From positions 56,186 to 76,185 of the forward strand of contig JBDOIF010000049.1 in NCBI GenBank assembly GCA_041082215.1: a DNA stretch of 20,000 bases, in the 5' to 3' direction. The stretch comes from Anaerolineae bacterium (GTDB lineage Bacteria; Chloroflexota; Anaerolineae; B4-G1; DUEL01). Positions 6,372 through 14,243 of the stretch are shown one piece after another. How positions within the stretch are numbered: position 1 is the stretch's first letter; each line of letters begins with the position of its first letter. A model generated the notes under the pieces. That model saw only the letters and a program-made list of their open reading frames with translations. It made no database searches and was not told where the DNA came from. Made by a program: the position numbers and the translations under genes.

Positions 6372-8741
6372 CTATCGCAGCACCAGGGGCAGGTAGAGCT
6401 GATACGGGAGTACTGCCACTCCGACGCCCGCGCTCACCGGCCCGTGGAAAACCTCATTCCCGATCGTATCCACATCCGCCAGCCAGTACCACCAGATGCC
6501 CGGCGAGGGAACCGTATCGGTGTAGCTGTAGGCCGCTCCGCCGCCGTGGGCTGCAGAGGGAACGAAGGCCACCGGCACAGCCCGCGACCGGTCCGCCGAT
6601 GAAGCCCGATACAGCCTGAAGCCGAAGGTATCTATCTCCACCGCCGTCGCCCACTCCAGCCGCACCTGTGTCCCTGCGACACCACCCACCCGGAAGTAGA
6701 GGAGCTCCACCGCCGTAGGTATCGTGGGAATATCGTTGATTTCCACCCCGTCGTCGTCCTCGTTGGCGTCATTGTCGTAGATGTCAACCACGTCGCTGAT
6801 GGAGGCCGTGTTGACGGTGGAGGTGATGTCGTGGACCACACGGAAAGTGGTGGTGATGATGAAAGAAGCGCCGGGCGGGAGATTCCGGTCAAAGCCATGG
6901 GGAGCGGGTCCGGTGAGATCGTTCCAGGAAATGATCCCATCGTCGGCATCTTCCTCCGGATAGGGAACAGCACCCATGAAGCTCAGGTAGAAGGGGTCAT
7001 ACGTGTCGTTTAGGGGGAGGACGTCAATGACACTGGAGCCGATATTGGTAATGGCGATGGTAAAGGTGACGACTGAACCGTTCACCACATCCACGTGGGA
7101 TGCCGCGAGCTCCTTATCCACAACCACCCGGGGCTGGAGGGGCTTTACCGTATAGCCCAGGTCCAGGAACGGGGTGAGAGAATTGGCCGTACTCGGATCT
7201 TCACCCCACGCCGTGGCGATCCTGCCTCCCTCCAGCGTGTACAGCCGCATCCCTGTCTGGTCGTTGTCGGAGTTGTCGTAAACCTTCAGGGACTCGAGAG
7301 GCAAAAGGAGGTAGTCCACATCATAATGGTTGCCGTTCGGGTCCACCAGCGGGCCGGTCGTCGGGTTGCCGTCGTAGTCCACATAGAGGGTGAGCGTGGT
7401 CGCAGAAGTCACCCAGACCGGACTGCCGTTCGCCGCTCCGGTCGGATCATCCAGTCCGTTGCCCGGCCCCCATCCCACAACTGCTGCCGTGGTCAGCTCC
7501 CCCTCCGGGACCAGGCTGAAGCCCCACTCGTAGGAGGAGTTAGCGGAAGGATTAGCGCCCACAGTGGCGACGGCGAAGAAAGTGCTGCCATCGGCAGTGT
7601 ACAGATGGGCAGCCGAGTTCTCCGGCATTTCATACCAGTAGACGCCGTTTGCAGCCACGTTGAACGACCCGGAGCCAACCCGGGTATCATAGTTGACGGT
7701 GATCGGCGTCTCGCCCGGGTTGTAGATAAGGATATACGTCTGCTGCACCTGCCCATCGAGGCGGCGAGAGGTACCAACCGGGCTGAAGTAACCGCTCCCC
7801 CACTCTTCGACAGGATACATGGCATACCAGCGGCTCTCATAATAGTATCTCGGCTCATAAGGGTCGCCGGTGATCACGTGGACCTGCACCGGCCGCGACG
7901 CCCGGACCGAAGCGCCCGACTGGACGCCGCCATCGGCATGGTAGCTCTCTCCCTGGTTCAGGACCACCGTATCATCCACCACCCCGTCCCCATCCAGGTC
8001 AACCTGCAGGGTCGTGCCGTCCTGGGAGGCCATCACCAGCAGCGAGACGTAGTTGAACATGCCGTTGTCGTCCGGCACATCCTCGCCGATGGGGATTTCA
8101 AAGTAAGTCCCATACTCGCTGGTATCGTAGACCTCCACAGCGCCGGCCAGTACCGAGCCGGGGTCGGTCGCCCACTCTGCGCGGGCGACCACAATGACCC
8201 GGTTTGCCCCGAACTTATCCCCTCCGTCATGGTGAAGCTCGGCCGCCGAACGGGGAACATCGATATCCTCCTCCAGCGCGATGACATCATCCGTACCGAT
8301 CAGGTCAGTGGAGTAGCCGGGGGGTATCCCGTTGGCGGGGTTGCCATCCCCCCAGATTTCCGTGGTGCTCTGGACAGGGTGAAGGAGATCTACCTCGTAC
8401 CCGTCCTCCCAGTGGTCGTAGTAAATGACCGTGCCGTCGAGCGTGGCGACGATGGAGACAATGCTGTGCATCGTATTGCCAAGCGGCCTGCCCTGGTTGA
8501 GCATCATGGCGTTCAACGCCGTATGCACCTGGTCATCGGGAAGGGGGACAAAGAAGAGCTGGATCGGCGGGGAGTTGACCAAAGCCAGGGCCGCCGGTAG
8601 CTTTGTCCCCAAGGCCACGATCGAAAGGACCAGCAGCGTCAGGGCGATCAGGCCCACTTTGAACGCCTTGCCCATCCGCGACAAGATGCACCGTGCAGGG
8701 CCACTCTTCTCGCCCAGCCCAGACACAAATAGCTGAGACAT
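6372..8741 (-). CDS. Secreted Asp/Gly/Thr-rich adhesin-like protein: large beta-rich N-terminal region, DUF11-like domain, PTAVEL Fn3-like domain, YLPLVLR tail
   Basis: SD AAGGAGG; signal region KAFKVGLIALTLLVLSIVALG; YYDHWEDGYE motif; DxDGD/DxDGN putative Ca-binding loops; DUF11-like VVDKEL...VVTFTIAITNIG; IPTAVELLYFR...VRLEWATAVEIDTFGFRLYR...YSYTD...YWLADVD; ends YQLYLPLVLR. Confidence 0.8.
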   Translation of the reverse strand: MSQLFVSGLGEKSGPARCILSRMGKAFKVGLIALTLLVLSIVALGTKLPAALALVNSPPIQLFFVPLPDDQVHTALNAMMLNQGRPLGNTMHSIVSIVATLDGTVIYYDHWEDGYEVDLLHPVQSTTEIWGDGNPANGIPPGYSTDLIGTDDVIALEEDIDVPRSAAELHHDGGDKFGANRVIVVARAEWATDPGSVLAGAVEVYDTSEYGTYFEIPIGEDVPDDNGMFNYVSLLVMASQDGTTLQVDLDGDGVVDDTVVLNQGESYHADGGVQSGASVRASRPVQVHVITGDPYEPRYYYESRWYAMYPVEEWGSGYFSPVGTSRRLDGQVQQTYILIYNPGETPITVNYDTRVGSGSFNVAANGVYWYEMPENSAAHLYTADGSTFFAVATVGANPSANSSYEWGFSLVPEGELTTAAVVGWGPGNGLDDPTGAANGSPVWVTSATTLTLYVDYDGNPTTGPLVDPNGNHYDVDYLLLPLESLKVYDNSDNDQTGMRLYTLEGGRIATAWGEDPSTANSLTPFLDLGYTVKPLQPRVVVDKELAASHVDVVNGSVVTFTIAITNIGSSVIDVLPLNDTYDPFYLSFMGAVPYPEEDADDGIISWNDLTGPAPHGFDRNLPPGASFIITTTFRVVHDITSTVNTASISDVVDIYDNDANEDDDGVEINDIPTIPTAVELLYFRVGGVAGTQVRLEWATAVEIDTFGFRLYRASSADRSRAVPVAFVPSAAHGGGAAYSYTDTVPSPGIWWYWLADVDTIGNEVFHGPVSAGVGVAVLPYQLYLPLVLR

Positions 8742-9003
8742 GGTTACCCTCCTTTGGGGTAGCTGGCCCTTAAACGGAGAAATGGCGCAATGTCGTCCTG
8801 GGCCGGCATATAAACAGGTTGTATAAGATACGCTGAAGTGCCCGAACTTGCCTTTTCTCGTTCCGATCGCCTCCCTGTAACAGCCAGACTGCCAGGCTGA
8901 TTACCGACGACCGGCCCGATCCACCCTCAGTATATCACGCCTCCATGCCAAGAAGGTCATTATCTTCCTAAAAGATATATAAGTCCACCTTCAACTTTCC
9001 TCC

Positions 9004-9032
9004 ATTTTATATCATTTCTAAAATAAAGTCAA
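9004..9032 (-). promoter_or_regulatory. Sigma70 promoter driving the surface-protein cluster
   Basis: On the minus strand: TTGACT (9032-9027), 17 bp spacer, TAAAAT (9009-9004), in a markedly AT-rich intergenic region. A second extended -10 (TGaTATACT) lies near 8928-8936. Confidence 0.65.
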
Positions 9033-9071
9033 GCCTCTTTTGCGAAATTGGTATGGCCCACGAATCCAGCC

Positions 9072-9100
9072 TTGCCAAACTCCACCACTCATGCTACACT
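9072..9100 (+). promoter_or_regulatory. Sigma70 promoter for the aminopeptidase (divergent from the cluster promoter)
   Basis: TTGCCA (9072-9077), 17 bp spacer, TACACT (9095-9100), with an extended -10 TG. Confidence 0.65.
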
Positions 9101-9159
9101 GGGCTTCTGGTTCCGGAGCCTGTGGCGATCCATATTTCACCCTTAAGGAGCGTTGTCCG

Positions 9160-10263
9160 ATGGGAGACCCCCGTGTGAAGAGATTAGCATCGTTGCTGGT
9201 CCGCTATTCCACCCACATCGAGCCAGGCGATCTGGTGATGATCCGCGGGATGCCGGCGGCGGCCCCCCTGCTTCTGGCGGTGTATGAAGAGGTGCTCAGG
9301 GCCGGTGGCCATCCCCACCTGATGGTCGGGCTGCCGGGGGCGGAGGAGGCTTTCTACCGCCTGGCCTCCGATGAACAGTTGACGTTCATCTCGCCCCTGC
9401 AGAAGATGGTGGTGGAGCAGTTCGATGCCACCATCGGCATCCGCTCAGACGAGAACACGCGGGAACTGAGCGGCGTTGACCCTGCCCGTCAGCGCCTCCA
9501 CAGCAGGGCAATGGCGCCTATTATGAAGACCTATATGGAGCGCGGTGCCTCCGGGGCCCTGAAATGGGTGGGCACCCAGTATCCCACACCCGCCTACGCC
9601 CAGGAGGCCGATATGAGCCTCCGGGAATATGAGGACTTCGTCTACGCCGCCTGCTTCTGCGATCAGGAAGACCCCATCGCCCGCTGGCAGGAGGTCCATC
9701 AGACACAGCAGCGGCTGGTGGACTGGCTGAAGGGAAAGAAAGAGGTCCGGATCAAGGGCCCCAACGCTGACCTGACCCTCTCCATCGAGGGTCGGGTGTT
9801 CATCAACTCGGACGGCCACCACAACATGCCCTGCGGCGAGATCTTTACCGGGCCGGTGGAAGACAGCGCCGAGGGATGGGTCCGCTTCACCTACCCGGCC
9901 ATCACCGACGGCCGGGAGGTGGAGGGGATCGAGCTCTGGTTCGAGCAGGGGCGGGTAGTCAAGGCCACTGCCAGGAAGAACGAGGAATTCCTGCTTCAGA
10001 TGCTGGATACCGACCCGGGAGCCCGGTACCTGGGGGAGTTCGCCATCGGCACCAACAACGGGATCCAGCGCTTCACCAAGAACATCCTTTTTGACGAGAA
10101 GATCGGTGGCTCGTTCCATATGGCCGTCGGGGCAGGCTACCCGGAGACGGGGAGCCAGAATCAGTCCGCCATCCACTGGGACATGATCTGCGACATGCGG
10201 GATGGGGGCGAGATCTACGTGGATGGGGAGCTGTTCTACCGGAGCGGGGAGTTTCTGATCTAG
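9160..10263 (+). CDS. Aminopeptidase, M29 family (AmpS/aminopeptidase T-like)
   Basis: MGDPRVKRLASLLVRYS start after SD AAGGAG; motifs NMPCGEIFTGP, YLGEFAIG, ILFDEKIGGSFHMAVG and SAIHWDMI. Confidence 0.93.
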   Translation: MGDPRVKRLASLLVRYSTHIEPGDLVMIRGMPAAAPLLLAVYEEVLRAGGHPHLMVGLPGAEEAFYRLASDEQLTFISPLQKMVVEQFDATIGIRSDENTRELSGVDPARQRLHSRAMAPIMKTYMERGASGALKWVGTQYPTPAYAQEADMSLREYEDFVYAACFCDQEDPIARWQEVHQTQQRLVDWLKGKKEVRIKGPNADLTLSIEGRVFINSDGHHNMPCGEIFTGPVEDSAEGWVRFTYPAITDGREVEGIELWFEQGRVVKATARKNEEFLLQMLDTDPGARYLGEFAIGTNNGIQRFTKNILFDEKIGGSFHMAVGAGYPETGSQNQSAIHWDMICDMRDGGEIYVDGELFYRSGEFLI

Positions 10264-10324
10264 CAGCGCTCAGCAGAACCTGCCCGGTTCCGGCTATTTC
10301 TGCCTGTGGAGGGCATGGAGACCG

Positions 10325-11980
10325 ATGGGGGGAGAGGCCCCGTCCGAAAGGCGAACCATCTACCCTCTACCTCCCGAGGTCGCCGAGCGGATCGCCGCCG
10401 GTGAGGTGGTCGAGCGGCCCGCTTCGGTGGTGAAGGAGCTGATCGAGAACAGCCTGGACGCCGGGGCCACCGTCATCAGTGTGGAGATCCGGGACGGCGG
10501 CCTCTCCCTTATCCGCGTTTCCGACGACGGCTGCGGCATCTCCCGCGCCGACCTGCCCCACGCGCTGGAGCGGTTCGCCACCAGCAAGGTCCACTCCCTG
10601 GCCGATCTGGAGGCCATCACGACCCTCGGCTTCCGCGGCGAGGCCCTTTCCTCGATCGCTGCCGTCGCCCGGCTGGAGGTGCTGACCCGCACACGGGAGG
10701 AGCTGGAGGGGAGCCGCCTCCGCGCCGACGGTGTGGTGGAGCCGGCGGCCAGCCCCGCGGGAACCAGCGTCACCGTGCGCGACCTCTTCTATAACACCCC
10801 CGCCCGCCGCAAATTCCTCAAGTCGCCCATGCGAGAGGGGGAGCTGGTCCGTCAGACGGTCGTCCGCTACGCCCTGGCCTGCCCCGCTGTCGCCTTCCGG
10901 CTTGTAGTCAACGGGCGGGAGAGCTTCGTGGCCCCTCCCGCCTCGCCGCTGGAGCGGATCGGCGCGGCACTGGGACGGGATGTGGCCGCCGAGATGGTCC
11001 CCATCTCCTGGGAAGCGGCAGACCTGCGGATCGAGGGGTACGTCAGCCGCCCCACCCTGGGCCGGCGGGACCGGCAGGGGCAGTTTTTCTTCATCAACGG
11101 GCGGCCGGTCCGCTCGGGGCTGCTGGCGGTGATGGTGGAGCGGCCCTATGCGGGGCGGCTCCCCCCGGAACGGCGGCCGCTGGCCGTGGTCCACATCCGG
11201 CTCGACCCCCGGCTGGTTGATGTCAACGTCCATCCCCGCAAAGCGGAAGTGCGGCTGAGCCAGGAGCGGTCGGTTTACGGGGCGCTGACGCGGGCCGTGG
11301 AGGAGGCGCTGGCCCCCTACCCCCGTCAGGAGGAGGGCTTCCCCACGCTGGCGTGGCCCTTTGCGGAGGTGGCGCCGGAGCCGGAAGAGGTGCGGGAGGC
11401 CCGGGCGGAGTACATGACGGGCAGGCTGGAGCCGCTGGGACAACTGAACAACGCCTACATCGTCGCCCGCGGTCCGGAAGGGCTGCTCATCGTGGACCAG
11501 CACGCGGCCCACGAGCAGGTGCTCTTCGAGCGGCTGCTGGGGGGAGAGAGGCCGCATCCTCTGGTCCCGCCGATGCAGGTGACGCTGACGGCGCAGGAAG
11601 GGGAGTGGCTGGAGCCGTTCCTCCCGGCGCTGGCCGGGCTGGGGATGGAGCTGGAGCCATTCGGGCGGTATACCTACCTGATCCGCACCCTTCCCGCTCC
11701 GCTGGAACGAACCGATCCGAGGGAGCTGCTGGAAGGGGTGCTGGAGGAGCTACCCGCCTTCCGGCGGCTGGGGCCGGAAGAGGCGCGGGAACGGCTGGCC
11801 ATGAAGCTGGCCTGCACAGCGGCGGTCAGGGCGGGAGATGTGCTGAGCCTGGAGGAGATGGAACGGCTGCTGGACGAATGGGCCTCCCTCTGGTCGCCCG
11901 CCACCTGCCCGCACGGCCGCCCTGCCTTTGTGCTGTTGACGGTAGAGGAGCTGGAGCGGCGGCTGATGAGGCGTCCCTAA
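10325..11980 (+). CDS. mutL: DNA mismatch repair endonuclease MutL (compact)
   Basis: IAAGEVVERPASVVKELIENSLDAGA, GFRGEALSSI, DLFYNTPARRKFLK and VDVNVHP; endonuclease motifs DQHAAHEQVLFE, LAC and CPHGRP. Confidence 0.96.
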   Translation: MGGEAPSERRTIYPLPPEVAERIAAGEVVERPASVVKELIENSLDAGATVISVEIRDGGLSLIRVSDDGCGISRADLPHALERFATSKVHSLADLEAITTLGFRGEALSSIAAVARLEVLTRTREELEGSRLRADGVVEPAASPAGTSVTVRDLFYNTPARRKFLKSPMREGELVRQTVVRYALACPAVAFRLVVNGRESFVAPPASPLERIGAALGRDVAAEMVPISWEAADLRIEGYVSRPTLGRRDRQGQFFFINGRPVRSGLLAVMVERPYAGRLPPERRPLAVVHIRLDPRLVDVNVHPRKAEVRLSQERSVYGALTRAVEEALAPYPRQEEGFPTLAWPFAEVAPEPEEVREARAEYMTGRLEPLGQLNNAYIVARGPEGLLIVDQHAAHEQVLFERLLGGERPHPLVPPMQVTLTAQEGEWLEPFLPALAGLGMELEPFGRYTYLIRTLPAPLERTDPRELLEGVLEELPAFRRLGPEEARERLAMKLACTAAVRAGDVLSLEEMERLLDEWASLWSPATCPHGRPAFVLLTVEELERRLMRRP

Positions 11981-12789
11981 TACTTCCTCACCACCGCCCG
12001 ATAGGCCGTCGGCTGACGGCACTGGAGGATCTGCGACTCCTCCCGCACCTGCCGCACCTCGTCCAGGTCAATCTTCGCCACCGCATACCCCTCGACGGCC
12101 TCGTCCACCGTGGCGTGGATCCGCCCCCGGGGGCCGATGATGGCGCTCTGGCCGAAGAAAGTGTAGGAAGGCTCCTCCCCCACCCGATTGGCCGCTGCTA
12201 TAAAGACCGCGTTTTCCAGGGCGCGGGCCAGAAGGTAGCTCTTCCACTCCGCCACGTGGGGTTGTTCCCAACTGGCCAGCACCGCCAGCAGCTCCGCCCC
12301 GTCCAGCACCAGACTCCGCGCCACCTCCGGAAAGGCCAGGTCCCACCCGACCATCAGCCCCACCACCCCGAAGTCGGTCTCAAAGGGGAGGATGCGGTAG
12401 CCGGCCCGGAAGGCCATCCGCTCCTCGCCGCGCAGATGGAGCTTGTGGTACTGACCGACCACCTCGCCGTCCGGCCCGACCAGCACAGCGGCGTCGTAGA
12501 TGATGCTCTCCACTCTCTCCTTCACCACCATCCCGAACGCGACGTGCACGCCGTACTCCGCCGCCCGCTGCCCCACAATATTGGCCGCCGGACCGGGGAC
12601 CCGCTGGGCGATCTGGGGAAACCGGGGCCCCATCTCGTAACCGGTGACCGCCAGCTCGGGAAAGATGATCAGGTCCACCGGCTGCTCGGTGGCGATCCGG
12701 CGGATAAACTCCCCCATCTTGATCAGGTTGTCCTCCACCTTCCCCAGCCGGGGCTCCATCTGCACGACGGCTACTGTGATCTCACGCAT
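11977..12789 (-). CDS. Carbon-nitrogen hydrolase (nitrilase-fold) protein with the catalytic Cys replaced by Gly
   Basis: AVVQM, IIFPELAVTGY, YHKLHL, GLMVGWDLAFPE, RALEN, NRVG and FFGQSAIIGP. SD GGAGG. Overlaps the mutL stop by 4 bp. Confidence 0.9.
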   Translation of the reverse strand: MREITVAVVQMEPRLGKVEDNLIKMGEFIRRIATEQPVDLIIFPELAVTGYEMGPRFPQIAQRVPGPAANIVGQRAAEYGVHVAFGMVVKERVESIIYDAAVLVGPDGEVVGQYHKLHLRGEERMAFRAGYRILPFETDFGVVGLMVGWDLAFPEVARSLVLDGAELLAVLASWEQPHVAEWKSYLLARALENAVFIAAANRVGEEPSYTFFGQSAIIGPRGRIHATVDEAVEGYAVAKIDLDEVRQVREESQILQCRQPTAYRAVVRKY

Positions 12790-12810
12790 ATCTCGCCTCC
12801 CGTTGACTTC

Positions 12811-13743
12811 TCAGGCCTCTTTCCGCAGCCGATCCAGCACCGCCTCCAGTTCCGGCGGCAGCGGAGCGGTCAGGATCAGCTCCTCCCCGCCGACCGGATG
12901 GGCGAAACGCAGCTCGCGGGCGTGGAGGAAGTGGCGGTCCGACAGCAGAGATTGCCGCCGGAGGCCGTACACCCGATCGCCCGCCAGCGGGTAGCCCAGC
13001 CAGGCCAGATGGACCCGCACCTGATGGGTCCGGCCTGTATGGGGGCGCACCTCCAGCAGGGTATGGCGGCGGAAATATTCCACCACCCGATACTGGGTGA
13101 CCGCTGGCCGGCCGGTCCGCACCACTGCCATCCGCTTCCGCGCCCGTCGGTCTCGCCCTACCGGCGCTTCGATGATCCCCTCCCGGGGCTGGACCCGCCC
13201 CTCGACCAGCGCCAGATAGGTCTTACGGACCAGACGTCGCTTGAACTGACGCTGGAGCGCCCGGTGGGTCTCCGGATCCTTCGCCACCAGGATCAGGCCA
13301 GAGGTGTCCTTATCCAGGCGGTGGACGATCCCCGCCCGCTCCAGCCCTCCCACATCGGCCACCTGGGGGCAATAGGCCAGGAGGGCATTGACCAGGGTGC
13401 CGCTGGAATGGCCGGCCGCCGGGTGGACCACCATCCCGGCCGGCTTGTTCACCGCCAGAAGGTACTCGTCCTCGTAGACTATGTCCAGCGGGATCGGCTC
13501 CGGAAGGACAGGCATCTCCCTCTCCTCGGGCAGCTCGACCTCGATCCGATCCCCTGGCTCGACCCGATAGGCGGGTTTGGAGGGGCGGCCATTCACCGTC
13601 GCCGCACCCGACTTGATGAGCTGCTGGACCTGGGCGCGGCTCAACCCTGTCAGCCGGTCCGCCAGAAACCGGTCCAGCCGCTCCCCCCCTGCCTCGACGA
13701 CAAAGACCGCCCTACCCTCCCCCTCCGGGCCGTTCACCTGCAT
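12811..13743 (-). CDS. rluD: RluA-family 23S rRNA pseudouridine synthase (RluD-like)
   Basis: S4 domain RLDRFLA...SRAQVQQLI; VNKPAGMVVHP; GIVHRLDKDTSG; TGRTHQVRVH; LHA. The ATG at 13743 overlaps the lspA stop (TGATG). Confidence 0.92.
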   Translation of the reverse strand: MQVNGPEGEGRAVFVVEAGGERLDRFLADRLTGLSRAQVQQLIKSGAATVNGRPSKPAYRVEPGDRIEVELPEEREMPVLPEPIPLDIVYEDEYLLAVNKPAGMVVHPAAGHSSGTLVNALLAYCPQVADVGGLERAGIVHRLDKDTSGLILVAKDPETHRALQRQFKRRLVRKTYLALVEGRVQPREGIIEAPVGRDRRARKRMAVVRTGRPAVTQYRVVEYFRRHTLLEVRPHTGRTHQVRVHLAWLGYPLAGDRVYGLRRQSLLSDRHFLHARELRFAHPVGGEELILTAPLPPELEAVLDRLRKEA

Positions 13744-14234
13744 CACTCCCGCTTCCCCTGATCCCAGAGCATCATCAGGGCCAGCAGCCCCACCCCGGCG
13801 ACGATGGAGGCATCGGCCAGGTTGAAGATCGGCCACTCGTGCATCGGCCAGAAGTTGAGGTCAATGAAATCCACCACCGCCCCCCGCACGATCCGGTCAA
13901 CGAGGTTCCCCATCGCCCCGCCCAACTGGAGGCCCAGCGCAAGACGGAGGAGGATATGCCCATCGGGGAGGTGGCGATAATAGACCAGCAGCAATGCGAC
14001 GACGACAACGGCGACGATCAGGAAGAAATCCCCCCATCCCTGAAACAGGCCGAACACGACCCCCGTATTGGCGACATAGGTCAGACGCAAGACCGGGGCC
14101 AGCCAGGACATCAGGTCCAGGGACTGGCCCCGTTCCATATTCATTACCACCCAGCTCTTGGTAAGCTGATCCGCCGTCACCACCACGAGGGCGACGATCA
14201 GGAGGATCAGGCCTTCCAGGCGATCACGACGCAA
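13743..14234 (-). CDS. lspA: Lipoprotein signal peptidase II
   Basis: DQLTK, NTGVVFG, GGAMGNLVDR, VVDFI and FNLADASI, with four hydrophobic segments. TTG start. Confidence 0.95.
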   Translation of the reverse strand: MRRDRLEGLILLIVALVVVTADQLTKSWVVMNMERGQSLDLMSWLAPVLRLTYVANTGVVFGLFQGWGDFFLIVAVVVVALLLVYYRHLPDGHILLRLALGLQLGGAMGNLVDRIVRGAVVDFIDLNFWPMHEWPIFNLADASIVAGVGLLALMMLWDQGKRE

Positions 14235-14243
14235 CGGCGCCCC

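Noticed and set aside
3756..8600. Long plus-strand ORFs 3756-4901, 4983-6230 and 7095-8600
   Set aside because: They are antisense shadows of the C25 and adhesin genes, with no recognisable motifs.
9040..9159. ORF-track 5' extensions (aminopeptidase from 9040; likewise AOR 17901, rluD 13836 and rsgA 19384)
   Set aside because: The downstream ATGs have SD sequences or stop/start overlaps and match the expected family N-termini, while the extensions cross promoters or neighbouring genes.
11977..12789. Apolipoprotein N-acyltransferase (Lnt), suggested by the nitrilase fold near lspA
   Set aside because: It has no transmembrane segments or signal peptide, is only 270 aa, and lacks the catalytic Cys.
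11353..13761. 802-aa plus-strand ORF
   Set aside because: It overlaps mutL out of frame and is antisense to the nitrilase-fold and rluD genes. Its His/Gln/Pro/Arg-rich composition is typical of a shadow ORF in high-GC DNA.
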